Translations under genes and position numbers: made by a program
Source of the DNA: Flectonema sp. DT1601
Taxonomy: Eukaryota
Assembly (NCBI GenBank): GCA_964019425.1
Contig: OZ025788.1
Span: 930,001 to 994,000, forward strand
DNA: 64,000 bases
Reading direction: 5' to 3'
Shown: positions 1 through 11,532 of the stretch, piece by piece
How the letters are laid out: every line of letters begins with the position of its first letter
Position numbering within the stretch: position 1 is the stretch's first letter
Notes under the pieces: generated by a model
What the model was told of the DNA's origin: nothing
Databases searched by the model: none
The model's input: only the letters and a program-made list of their open reading frames with translations

Positions 1-136
1 GGAGTAGCGCTCCTATCCCCACCGCGCCTGATAAAGCGATTACACTATAAGGTACAACATGGTCTGCATGACCGAAATGCAACACAGTTTCTGACACCAC
101 CAATGATGTTGTCTCTGAGACACTTGGAGCTGACAT
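1..136 (-). CDS. Possible 5' part of a gene running off the left edge (MSAPSVSETTSLVVSETVLHF...)
   Basis: Open frame from ATG at 136 to the window edge, on the same strand as all other genes. Too short to identify. Confidence 0.3.
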   Translation of the reverse strand, partial: MSAPSVSETTSLVVSETVLHFGHADHVVPYSVIALSGAVGIGALL

Positions 137-769
137 AGTTTTGTGTACGACTGCCCAGCATTCTGGGCTGAGAGATCTGAGTAGAACAATAATAAATTTT
201 CATTTCATCTCTTTTACTTTTTTTTGGTTGAATTCGTTTTTATAATTTGAACAGAATACGTAAAACATATAAACAGAAGAATGAGAGATACAGTTTTTTG
301 ATACATATAAAGGATTTCATTGAGTTTACAAAAAAAAAAACAAAAAAAAAAAAAAAAAAAAAAAAAGAGATTTTTTTTTTTTTTTTTTTTTTTTGTTTCT
401 AGATTTTATCAAAGAGGGGTGGTCAGTAAATACCTCTAAGACACGCAGGGGAAAACATTGCCACTGCGGTATGGGCAGAACATTCAAGAAACTGAAACAG
501 AGCAGAGGAACGAAGAGTCCTCAAACAAAATTAACTCCAACTACGAATTCCTTTTTTATAAAACGAACGATGATGTAGTATGAAGAAGAATAAATAAATA
601 AGTAACTAAGAGGACGTCGCACATCCGAATGTGTGCAATATAACAAAACATAATAAAACGAGAGGGGGGGGCAATCGGTATTGAGTCGATGTTACATTTA
701 ATTGTATCCGAATATCAGACTCAATACCTCGCTGAAAAAAAGAAAACAAGATAAGGCATAATAGTTTAA

Positions 770-1924
770 TTAAATGATAGAAGTGTCTCTGGTACGATTT
801 TCTCTGGGGCTCCTTAATTGTCTCTCTGGAGACATTGACATCAGGTCAAGGAACTGCTTATAGTCGTGTGTTATATTTCCGTAAACGTAATCTCGCAGAT
901 CGTCAGATGCGAATTCAGGTTGAACATCCTGGTGAGAATCGAGTGAAACGGTCACAGCATGACGAAGCCAAGCAACTACAAATCCTCCTTTTAACGTTCG
1001 AATCTTATTACTTTTTGTAAGAAATGGTTCGCCATCATCACTAAGTCGACATGTAAAAGTTGTTTTTAATTTTGCTAAACTCACCTGTCCTGGGATTAAT
1101 ACATCAAAACCATCTTCCATTAAACTTTCAGCAATTTGACCAGATCGTAGTGATGTCCAGTTGCCTCCCCAGATACACCACTTACAAGTATTTAGTGGTA
1201 ACTTATTGTAATGTTTATGCATGAAACCTATATATCCCTCACCTTCACTCGCATATATATTTACTTGCTGTTTGATACAAGCGAGAAGACTTGAAACAGA
1301 TGTTCTTTCCGATTCTTTCATTTTTGAAACAGCCACATTTCGTAATTGAGGGTTCTTCTGTGAGCAAGACTGACAAATGCACATGTTACAAACACTACAT
1401 GAAAGTAGTCGCTGGTCATGTATCCCAGATTTAGGTCGGCCACACAAGTCACAGCTATTCATTGTTATCTTTGAAACTGTTGTTGTCGGGAGTATTAATT
1501 GACCACCACATTTAAAACATTTATCATATTGTCTTAGATCAATTGTTCTAGCAGGTGAGGGTGATAAACTATGTGGTGACAATGGAGCTTCTGGTATCTT
1601 TATTGGAGTATGGTTTTGAGTAGGAGGGGTTTCACCGAGTACGTAAAATTCTTGAAAAGTATTTCCAAAGTAGAACATAAATTCATTCCTCAGCATACCC
1701 CAATCACTGAATTCTAATGAAGGATGGATCACTCCACATCTCAGATATTCCAAAACATATCTGAAAAGTTCTCCGTCTCTGTCTAAAAAGATACGACCGT
1801 CAGCATCACAACCAACCCCCCTCGGGTTCTCCGCAATCTGCTTTAAAAAACCTTCACGTGCAGTGAGTGTTGTCATTGCGACATCGAAATGATGACCTCC
1901 AACATTTAATTTCATAATCGCCAT
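770..1924 (-). CDS. BTB/POZ (KCTD/T1-type) domain protein with a central Cys-rich (CxxC) putative Zn-binding region
   Basis: N-terminal LNVGGHHF..TL and IFLDRDGELFRYVLEYLR are typical T1-BTB motifs. Followed by CFKC, CDLC, CSVC, CQSC. Confidence 0.85.
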   Translation of the reverse strand: MAIMKLNVGGHHFDVAMTTLTAREGFLKQIAENPRGVGCDADGRIFLDRDGELFRYVLEYLRCGVIHPSLEFSDWGMLRNEFMFYFGNTFQEFYVLGETPPTQNHTPIKIPEAPLSPHSLSPSPARTIDLRQYDKCFKCGGQLILPTTTVSKITMNSCDLCGRPKSGIHDQRLLSCSVCNMCICQSCSQKNPQLRNVAVSKMKESERTSVSSLLACIKQQVNIYASEGEGYIGFMHKHYNKLPLNTCKWCIWGGNWTSLRSGQIAESLMEDGFDVLIPGQVSLAKLKTTFTCRLSDDGEPFLTKSNKIRTLKGGFVVAWLRHAVTVSLDSHQDVQPEFASDDLRDYVYGNITHDYKQFLDLMSMSPERQLRSPRENRTRDTSII

Positions 1925-2827
1925 CGTCTTTATATCAGAAGATGAAAAACTGCAGTAAAAACTAACTTATGGACACATAAGACATAAACAGATCACACTG
2001 GACGTCCTCACATAGTTAAGGCAGCTGTATAAAATAAATATAACAAAACAGCAGATTATCATCAGGTGTAGATTAATAAGTAAAAGTAACTGATAGCTGA
2101 ACAGGTCGTACCAACTGCATTGTTTGCAGGGCCTGCTACAGGTCGCTGACTGCTGCGTATAGTATGATGGCTCTAATTTACCTTTTCTTTATTCTTTTTT
2201 TTCAATAACGTTTTTATTTCTTTCTTTTTCTGTTTTATTCGGTATTCGGTCATCGTTTTTTCTTTTTTTAAAGCGGCTGCTCCGTACAATTCCAGTGTGA
2301 TGCATTGAGCAGGTATAATCAGGGTGTCCTAACTGCTACATGTTAAGGGGGTGCCCCATAAAATGCGTACTGTAGCTTCCCTACAAAGGGAGACATCAAT
2401 AGGCATGGTGACCCCTCTAAATATTTTCTACATACTCAAGGGGTGTCAGAAAGAGCTGAAAAAAATTGTTTTCGGGTTCTTGTTTTTTTTTTTTTTTTTC
2501 ATAATTTCTCATTCTCTATTTTTTTTTTTTTTGTTTTTTTTTTTTGTTTCTTTGTTATTTCTCCCCCTTGCAATAATTTAAGGATACCTGCAACCAGCTC
2601 AGCATTTTTGAACTGCTAGGCTCTGCTGACTGTGAAGGTTGGCAGAGTGCTGACCTTTTGGTTTTAATATGCAGCACAAACTATCGATATACGCGACTTC
2701 TGGCTGAGTAAAAATAGTTTGCCTTCACCTTGGCACATGTGAATTCCTTGCAGCACAATAGCAAGTTATCAATTCAGTTTGATGACATGATTTCATCACA
2801 AGAACGAGTCTATCACTTGGCTTGTGA

Positions 2828-3508
2828 CTACGCGGCCTTCCACTTAGCAACAAAGGCAATAAGCATTTGAGTAGGACCCCAAGCCAATAATATCGGTCGT
2901 ATCTTTGGTGTTATTGCAATAGTAAAGATTATCTGTTTGTTATTATTATTATTATTATTCTCTTGTATAAAGTGACAACCAATAAACAACTCATATCAAA
3001 AACAAACCTGTAGAGGAACAAAGCATTTATTGACGGCAAGCGCGATGGCAAACTCCGCCCAAGGACCTTCCGGTAGTTGGTAGCTTTCTCCTAAGAATTC
3101 AGCCAAGAACTGCTTTACCTGTATTGAATTTAGTCAGTTGATACTCAGTCACCTTACAAAAAACGAAATGAAGAAAGAAACACATACAGGGAATCCACAG
3201 TAAACAGCACAAAATGTTATCCAAAACCCAATACTGTGAATAGTTAAATAGATGAGTAGCCCTACAGGTCCGTATTGCTTTAATTTTGCGAACATTGATA
3301 AGCCGCTTGAAGGTTTTTCATTCGGAGCTTCTTGTGATGCAGAGGAGGTATTTTTCTCAGAAGTTTCAGTCTGCTTCCGCTGTTGTGGTTGTTGTTGCTC
3401 ACTCGCAAACAAGTTGCTTGTTCTCGCAAGTATTCCTATACTCCTCCGCGATCTCAAACTCGATATCGATCCCAATCTGCATCCAACTCTGATCGGATGT
3501 CGCAACAT
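2828..3508 (-). CDS. DUF1279/FAM210-like mitochondrial membrane protein; 3 exons (3508-3188, 3118-3008, 2932-2828), 178 aa
   Basis: Arg/Ser-rich presequence-like N-terminus and KLKQYGPVGLLIYLTI. Splicing two GT-AG introns (69 and 75 nt) gives in-frame FAIALAVNKCFVPLQIIFTIAITPKI and a TAG stop. Confidence 0.75.
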
Positions 3509-5913
3509 TCTATGCGATCCTAAAGAAATGCGATAAAATAGATTAACGAAGTCTGTCAAAAAAAAAAACTCCTTATTAGTTTTCTACAAGAGGTTCACAA
3601 AGAACTCCTACACTCGGTATTCATCCCAAATCCCCCACCCCACCTGCATAAAAATACATCAAAGATAATGAAACGCAACAGTATTTACTATTTTATTCGT
3701 ACTGCACCCTAGTGAAGAGGGAGTTGCACCGCTGCCAAAGGTGAAAAGATGTTTTCACAGGTATAGGTATCCCTGACTTGTAATTCCCGTGAAGGGTTCG
3801 TTTATGTTTAATTCTCGAATCAAAAAAAATTAAATGCAAAAAATCGTGGGTCAACAAACATTGTTTGGTTTCGGGCTAAAATTAAAAAACTTTTCTACGT
3901 ACTATTCCCGTTACCCAGCCTTCTTCAGCGAAGAAGGTAAGGGGGACAGTGCGATGTTGCTATTCATACTGTCTTGCCATTCCCGTGAAGGGGATATGTT
4001 TATGCTAATCCAGTACATCAAACGATTTACATTAGATAGAAAAGAAATAAGGAAAATGAGTTTATTGCACTCAAATCGAAAAACGCAACGTTAGCTATTT
4101 AATCACAACTTTGCCGTAGCAACAGAGGACCCAATCCGTAACCGTTTCCGAAGACTCGGTATGGATTGTTGAAGTAGTTTTCAGCTGAAAGATATGTTAT
4201 TTTTATCTCACTATTTACAGCTTAACCATTCGAATAATAAAATAAAGAATAGAATGAACGAAATTGAGAAAACAGGAAACAATGATAAAATAAAACAAAT
4301 AAGTCAATAAATGAATAACAATACGAACACACTGCGGAGCATCGATAAGTAACTCTTGATTGGTAACAGCCCGCCTTTCGATTCGAACCATCGCAATTCG
4401 ATTATAAATAGAAAGACTTTAAGGAATGAATTAAAATGTTTAGGTAGTCATACACTTCTAGATTCCATGAGAGGTCAAACCTTTTTAATATCAGTCTGAG
4501 ATCAGACATCTGATTTCCTCTATACATTTTGAATCTAGGGAGGGTAGATACAGTGGAACGAACGGTAAGAGGAACTGCTCGACGTAAAGGGAAGCTGTCA
4601 TATCTGGTCATTTCGATAGTAAATGGTGAGTATCCGTATCTCTTTTATTTACAAAAGAGATAGTTTGATAATCCCTTTCTTGGTTGCTTCACAAGTGGAC
4701 CTGAGGCGGGCAATTTGCATTCCTCCTCCTGAGTTAGGTCTGATGAAATCTCCGAACACCACTTCCCATTGTCGACAAGGAATGCACGTGAGACGTGCTC
4801 CGCGAGAAAATAAATTTTAGTAAAAAAATATTCAAGGCAAAAAAGGGGCGGAAAAGAGAATAAGGACGACTCCGTTGGGTACATTCACTTGTCAGTTTCT
4901 CACAGCTTACATTTCTTCCCTTCCTCGTGGTTGTAACTTAACTCCGTTGACAATAATCATATGCTGAAGCTCAGTAAGAGAACGTGGAAGAACGAACGAA
5001 GAAAGGAAACGAAGAAAAAGAATGGAAACAATAAAACTTAAAAGATGATTGAGTCAACGCTATCCGAACAAAGAGAGAGATTCAGAAAGCTTTCTATAGA
5101 AGAGAGGTGATTCACTGCTTATTTATTTTATTTATTTTAGAAACCATAACACTTGTACATCATGGTAAGCTTATGGGGTATCAATCATTCGATACAACAC
5201 AACCGTAAAGAATCCCTCAGGCGTGAAGAGACGTTATAGCCATCAATATTCGTACTTGACATAAAAGCAACTGTTAAGGATGGTTGGTAATCCCTATTTT
5301 CGCCAAAATCAAGAGAGGAGGCGCATGCCACGGGGGGAACCCAAAAAAACAAAATAAAACAGAAATTTGGGGGGGAGGGATGCGGGTTTGAACTTTATTT
5401 TATTTGTTCAAGGAACACTTCACCGTAAGCGACAAAATGTGTGACTGCCATTTGGAGAAACAAAGCACGTGTTAAAAGGTACCTTGACTTAACAAGGTAT
5501 GCCAAATAACGAGGCGATCCTGTTGATACCCGCAGGGAGGTGAAACTAAAAAAGAAGAGTTCACGAATAAATATCACCCGATAAACTAAAATTGTCGTTT
5601 AAAATACAAAAGGGTTGGAAGCAACGCGAAAAGAATTTCAGCTTTTGCGAATCCATAAGAGAAAGAAAAACAACCACACAAAAGAAACACTTATTAGAAT
5701 ATAAATCGATTGTAGTATTTATCGTCTTGAACCGGCTTTAAGGCAGCAGGAATCTCCTTCACTGTTCTTGATAGTTGTTCAGAGTATGCACAAGTACCAA
5801 CAACATCAGAAAGCTACCTTATAAAATCGAATTCTACATGGATGAAATAAAACAAGGAGAGAAAAAAGGTTTTTCATTTCTTTCTTTTTGTTCTTCTTGA
5901 AGCAGAACTAATT

Positions 5914-7395
5914 TTAGTAATGTTCATCAAAGGTATTGAGTGACTGTTGCTGAGGCAGGAAGTTTGCCTTCTTTTTCTTAGTAGCAAAGTAGATCGCTAC
6001 ACCAATAATAACCAAAACAAGAACTGCAATAACAACAACGACTATAATAACTGTTGTTCTACCAGAGCTATCGTCACCATTCCCCGGTGTCGGACTCCCC
6101 CCGGGTGTCGGAGTTCCCCCGGGTGTCGGAGTTCCCCCGGGTGTCGGAGTTCCCCCGGGTGTCGGAGTTCCCCCGGGTGTCGGGCTTGGCATAGGTTCAG
6201 GAGTTTCCCCCTGTGCTACGCAAAGCTGACCAGATAATGTAGCATTACCTCCTTCTTTATTACAAACGACTTGGATTCGGCCGTACGGACTACTACCAGG
6301 TTGGCATATGGAGCAGTCTACACAATAATTATTACCACTCACAGTTAGCGCCTTCTGATTCCCATTTCGATCAGCTACATACAAACCATCCAAAACATTA
6401 ATTTGGATTTGGTACTTAGAAAACTCCGTTGGATTTGAGGCTAGCCCCAAACATTCCTTCCCACCACATACAAAATCTATTGCCGAGCAGGTTGGTCCAG
6501 GCATGTAGTCGCAGCTGAAGGTCCCATTTTCAGTTTTGGAGGCGCATCCTTTGGCTTCACAAGTTTGTGTCGTTCTCAGCTTTCGGCAACCTGAATATAA
6601 GACACACATGCCATCTTGCCACACACATTCAGGGGTAGCTGAACAGTTGCTTTCTGGAATATCCTTACAAACAATGGCATCTGAAATACATGCGTAGTCA
6701 CTTGATGAAGACCCTGATGATTTCCAACATCCGGGACAGCTACCACATTTATCTTTGCCACACTTACGACACCGGTCAATAGCCACACATTGGTTAGATC
6801 GATCCCAAGAACAGTCAGCCTTCCAAAGGCAGTCTCCTATACTAAGCCCTTTGCATTTTGCTGGTGTGCTGGTATTCCATTCAATGCAATTTGTAGTAAG
6901 GTTGTTGTTAATCCCACACCACAAATCTGCACCGCGTGGTTCAAGACATCTAAATCCGGACCAGTAGCATCCTTTTTCAGCAGCACACTCGCTTGCAGAA
7001 CCCGAAGTTTCACAAGGTTCAGGTGCTCCACAAATAACCCCATTCCATCTACATCCAGAAAGAGCCATACATGCTGACCCGGATTTGGCTGAATCACATG
7101 TTGTGCACGCAGTTGTTCCAAGTTCCAAACCACATTTTCCATAACACCGATCTGCTGCAGTATCCTCACAAGCTAACTGCACATCGTAACAGCCATTTGA
7201 GTCCTGCCAACCACACTTCCCGGCTCCGCAAGTCGCATTGGTTTTATAACTAGAACACGCGTCTAAGCACTCCGAGGACTTGAAAAACCATCTGCAGTCA
7301 TTGCGAGATTGCAAACATTCCCCCTGTGTCCAAGAGCTACACGATTGAGCACTTGCTGCTCCAATCGCCAGCAAAATAGAAATCGTTTTCAACAT
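5914..7395 (-). CDS. Cys-rich type I membrane surface protein, paralog 1 of 3
   Basis: Signal peptide, many C-x5-6-C-x-W modules, PTPGGT stalk, one TM helix and a KKKK cytoplasmic start. Confidence 0.85.
   Translation of the reverse strand: MLKTISILLAIGAASAQSCSSWTQGECLQSRNDCRWFFKSSECLDACSSYKTNATCGAGKCGWQDSNGCYDVQLACEDTAADRCYGKCGLELGTTACTTCDSAKSGSACMALSGCRWNGVICGAPEPCETSGSASECAAEKGCYWSGFRCLEPRGADLWCGINNNLTTNCIEWNTSTPAKCKGLSIGDCLWKADCSWDRSNQCVAIDRCRKCGKDKCGSCPGCWKSSGSSSSDYACISDAIVCKDIPESNCSATPECVWQDGMCVLYSGCRKLRTTQTCEAKGCASKTENGTFSCDYMPGPTCSAIDFVCGGKECLGLASNPTEFSKYQIQINVLDGLYVADRNGNQKALTVSGNNYCVDCSICQPGSSPYGRIQVVCNKEGGNATLSGQLCVAQGETPEPMPSPTPGGTPTPGGTPTPGGTPTPGGTPTPGGSPTPGNGDDSSGRTTVIIVVVVIAVLVLVIIGVAIYFATKKKKANFLPQQQSLNTFDEHY
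6082..6183. repeat. 18-bp coding tandem repeat (PTPGGT, about 5.5 copies)
   Basis: Near-perfect repeats of cccccgggtgtcggagtt. Confidence 0.9.
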
Positions 7396-8458
7396 TTAAT
7401 GCAACCTGTTAAAAGAAACTATTCCTTCTTGGGTTCAAGAACAGCGGTCTGCAGGCTGACAGAGAGCGAGAGAGAGAGCAAGAGAGGGAGAGAATTTGAT
7501 ACAATACGAAAGGATTCATCTGTGAAGAAGACATGTCGATCCCATTCCCTGCAATGAAGGTTTGCTGAGGAAGTAAAGTACAGAAAGCACTCCAAACTAC
7601 AACGAAAAGGAAAGAAGGATGTAAAGAGAAAACCAATGCGACACTTAATTAAATTTTCCGTTTTGAATATTGGGAAGACAGAATAAATTATTGAGGAAAA
7701 AATATTAACCCTCGAGAAACTCAATTACGAAATTACAGCGGCAGCCATTAGCATTCACGATGTATATCCGTGAGCCGTTCGCCAACCCACCAATGACCGC
7801 TGCAATCTCAATATAAAGAGCCTGCGAAGAAGTGACTTGGATTAATGTTATGAAATGAGAGGTGTAATATGTATTGTTGTTTCACATGAGACCGGTTTTT
7901 TTTGAAATGAACGAACAAGTCATCCCACACCTTTCTCACAAGTGATAGCAAAACAATAAATGAAAACGTTAGCAATAAAAATTGTCAAAAAATATCTTTT
8001 GTTTTTGACTATCAGACGAATCCTAATAAAGGAAAGAACCAAGTCACAGCAAGGCTACTCCGTAGAAGGAATGAATTTGAGAGAGAAAATCGACCTTTTT
8101 GCCCATCATCTAAATAACTTAAGCAGAAAAGCTAAAAGCCGAACGTGAACAAGTATAGTATTCTAAAAATAATGAATCAGTAAAGACTCAAACAACTTAA
8201 CGGGAAAGAAAGATTCAGAATCAAAGTTGCATCAGTGATGCAAACTCAGTAACTTGTCAGACAAAACTAAATGAGTGGTAACAACCAGATAATTGCAGAA
8301 ACACCGTGCGAAGCGAAAAAAAGGACAAAGCTCGGTAAAACCCGAAAAAAGAGAGACAACCTAACGACGGTTTTATTACAATTTAGAGGAAGTTTCATCA
8401 GGAAAGATATCAGCGGTAACACCATATTCGTGTTCTACTGAATGGAATATTTAAATAA

Positions 8459-9934
8459 TTATGAATTATGTTCCACGTCTGGCTCGAAAGATATTTTCTG
8501 ATTCTGCGCCAGAGCCTTCTTCTTCCTCTTAATCAGAAGATAGACTGCCACAGCGACTATCGAAATAAAAACAACTGCAGAAATAACGACAACCACAATA
8601 AGAACAGTCGTCGAACTGCTGTCGTCACTCTCGGGAATTTGAAAAGCACCCGATGGGGTACCCGGTACCGGTGTGGTTCCCGGGATCAGTGTGGTTCCCG
8701 GTATTGGAATGGTACCTGGAGAAGTCGGGTTACCATTGTTAGCATCTGGATACTTTCCTGCTTCCAAGCATATCTCACCAACAAACGAACCCGTTGTCGC
8801 CGACGCACACGTGGCTGCGATACGGCTGTTTCGGATTAGTCCTGGCTTACATATTTCACAATCGATACAGTACTGATTACCTTTTGAAATGAAAATTTTA
8901 TCCACCGAATCTGAGATCAATGCTCCATTTTTGAAGCTCCCTTCCGTGACTTGATATGTTGACAAGTCAAACGAAGACGTCAATCCACTACACGCACTTC
9001 CATCACATGTAAATGATAATGATGAGCAAGTTGTTGAAGGTTTGTTTTTGCAAACAAAAAAGTCAACGTTGGTAGCAATGCATTCTTTCGACTCACAGGC
9101 CTCTCTCGAGCGCAGGGTCTTACATCCGGCAAACAACAGACACGCGTTCCCTTCCCACACACAGGCGCTTGCTCTCGAACACGAGTCCTGGGTGAGGTCT
9201 TTGCAGACAAGGGCCTGCGCAGTGCAGGCGTCAGGCGTTGCCTTCCAGCATCCCGGACAGTTCTTGCAGCCAGTCCGAAAGGAGCATTTTCTGCACCTGT
9301 CGGCAGCTATGCACTCGTTCGATCGATGCCAGTTGCAGTCGGCTTTCCAAACGCAGTCAGCGATGCTGAGCCCCGAACACTGCTCAGGGGAGCTGTTTCT
9401 CCATTCCGCGCACTTTGTAGACAGACTGTTTCCAATTCCACACCATGGAACTACTTCCGGAAGAGTGCAATAGTCAAAGTCTGAATCCCAGTAGCATTCT
9501 GGTTTGGCATTGCAGCTGGCGGCGAGCAGTCCTGCACAAGGCAACGGTGCCCCACATTCAGCTCCACTCCATCGGCAATTGCTAACGGCCATGCATGCAG
9601 TAACAGTGGTTACGGAATCGCATGATACACAATTAGTTGTCCCCAACTGCAGACCACACCTTCCGAAACAATTACGCACAGGAATGTCCGCACAGGAAGT
9701 CTGCGTGGTGCGAGGCAGCTCGCACCGATTCCCTGATGCCGTCCAACTGCAAAGGCTCGAAGAACAAGTCGCCTCATCAGTGTAGAAACTACATACTTGA
9801 TAACACTTTGACACACTCGAGTACCATCTGCAATATCCATCAGCGATTACGCAATCTTTTTCTTCAAGCCCGTCACAATTCCGTAACTGTGCACTCGCTG
9901 TTCCAAATGCCAGCGACAGGAGAACTGCCTTCAT
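8459..9934 (-). CDS. Cys-rich type I membrane surface protein, paralog 2 of 3
   Basis: Same architecture. Shares the WCGIGN...CSGLSI.DC.WKADC.WHRSNEC..DRC block with its neighbours. Confidence 0.85.
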   Translation of the reverse strand: MKAVLLSLAFGTASAQLRNCDGLEEKDCVIADGYCRWYSSVSKCYQVCSFYTDEATCSSSLCSWTASGNRCELPRTTQTSCADIPVRNCFGRCGLQLGTTNCVSCDSVTTVTACMAVSNCRWSGAECGAPLPCAGLLAASCNAKPECYWDSDFDYCTLPEVVPWCGIGNSLSTKCAEWRNSSPEQCSGLSIADCVWKADCNWHRSNECIAADRCRKCSFRTGCKNCPGCWKATPDACTAQALVCKDLTQDSCSRASACVWEGNACLLFAGCKTLRSREACESKECIATNVDFFVCKNKPSTTCSSLSFTCDGSACSGLTSSFDLSTYQVTEGSFKNGALISDSVDKIFISKGNQYCIDCEICKPGLIRNSRIAATCASATTGSFVGEICLEAGKYPDANNGNPTSPGTIPIPGTTLIPGTTPVPGTPSGAFQIPESDDSSSTTVLIVVVVISAVVFISIVAVAVYLLIKRKKKALAQNQKISFEPDVEHNS

Positions 9935-11532
9935 TAATTTAATTGAGATACAGTATCTGTTAAAGATGAGTTATAATACACAACAAATATTAAGGTATTC
10001 TATCACACATTTTTTTTTTTTTTTTCCCTTCTCCCCCGAAGTCAGGGAAGTCAAAACTAGTAACTTGGTACCACACCCGTGAGACTTTCACAGCATCCGA
10101 ATATTATCCATCTGTGGGTGATATTTTGACAATGTAGAAATAATAATTCAAGGAGGATTACAGAAGATTTAATTTTCATTTCACTTTATCTTATCTTGTG
10201 AGGGAGAAAAACATGTTGGAAAAAAAAAAGGGGGAAAAAAGAAAAATAGAACGTTGAAAGGATTTCGTTCATATAAGAGTTAGTAATTTTTTTTTTTTTT
10301 TTTTTTTAAAATTGCCGGGAAAAGTTTTTTTTTTTGTGACGTCATACTGAAAAAAGGAATACAAAAAAGAAATATTCCCTTCCTTAACTGTTAGCGGCAG
10401 CGTAGTCTTTACACGATTTGCAATAAGAGAGGTAAAATAGTAAGAAAGCCCTTTGCGGTTGTCCTTCGTGAGAAGTTTAGGTAAAAGACCCGAGAAAAAG
10501 CTCACATGAGGTGAAACAAATATATCGGACACAATGCCTTTAATAACTACATACTTGTACCCCATTAAAAGAGGTAAATAAAAGTTCAAAATAAAGTGCT
10601 TTTATAAGTTTTTTTAAAAAGTACTTTTATCATATGTAATAACTCGAAAAGGGATTTAATTTTTTTTTTTTTTTTTTAACTCAATTATTTTGAAATTATT
10701 CCATAATCAGTCGCCAGGATATAGCGTCCAATAAGTTCAGAAAATATTAAAGGGGAGGGGAGAAAAAGGACAGTGATTGGATCGCTCTCACCATTGACAA
10801 TTATCAATGTAGTGACTAACTAGCGAGAAGGGAGCAGTGCCGGATTTACGTTCACACCTTGAATTCAAATTATCAAAGCAGACTTATAAATAGAATGTAT
10901 TTTCTTGATTGAACCAACAGAGGATCCAACATACCCTGCTTCAACAGCTTCAGAAAACAGGTATGTTGAATAGTTGCAGTAATGTATCCCTTCCTCTCTT
11001 TAAGATTTTTTTTTCAAGAAAAATATTTCTAATTAAAGGGATAGACAAAAAAAATAATGAGTTGAATCAAATCATTTGTGTTTCAGAGAAACAACTAAAA
11101 ATATCTGAAGCCGAAATAAAATTAAGAAAAAAGGTGAGGGAGAAAAAAAAAAAAAAGACTTAAAATAAATAAATCTTTTATTTAAGACAGGTGACTCTAG
11201 TTTTCACAGAAAGATACTAATCTGAATAAATTACCCTCCTCAAAACTTAGAAGCCTTCACATAGTAAACCCGCAGTCGGGGTGTAGAAAAAAGGAGAGGA
11301 AGAAAAAAGAGAATAAAAAGGGTTGTTTAATAATTGCAATTTTTTTTTTTCCCAGCAGAAAGTACAAGTATATAAAAAAAAACCTTGTCTTATTGGACCG
11401 CATAACATTTGTTAATAGACATTAAAAAACAGTCAATTTCTCTTCGATTCATCCATTTATTGCAGCCATCCCGCTGTAGGATTGCTTTTAAAAATGAACG
11501 GTAACTTCTAAGTCAAATCCCTGTAGTCATAA

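Noticed and set aside
327..397. Long A-run followed by a long T-run that could fold back
   Set aside because: Homopolymer tracts are common in every spacer here and their lengths are error-prone. There is no specific signal.
6082..6183. Regular short repeat superficially like a CRISPR array
   Set aside because: There are no spacers. It is an in-frame PTPGGT coding repeat in a eukaryotic gene.
7460..7492. (GA)n-rich tract
   Set aside because: Ordinary low-complexity sequence, probably just a pyrimidine tract on the minus strand.
10927..10968. 9-bp inverted repeat CAACATACC...GGTATGTTG
   Set aside because: Short and single, with no target-site duplication or second copy in the window. It could be chance.
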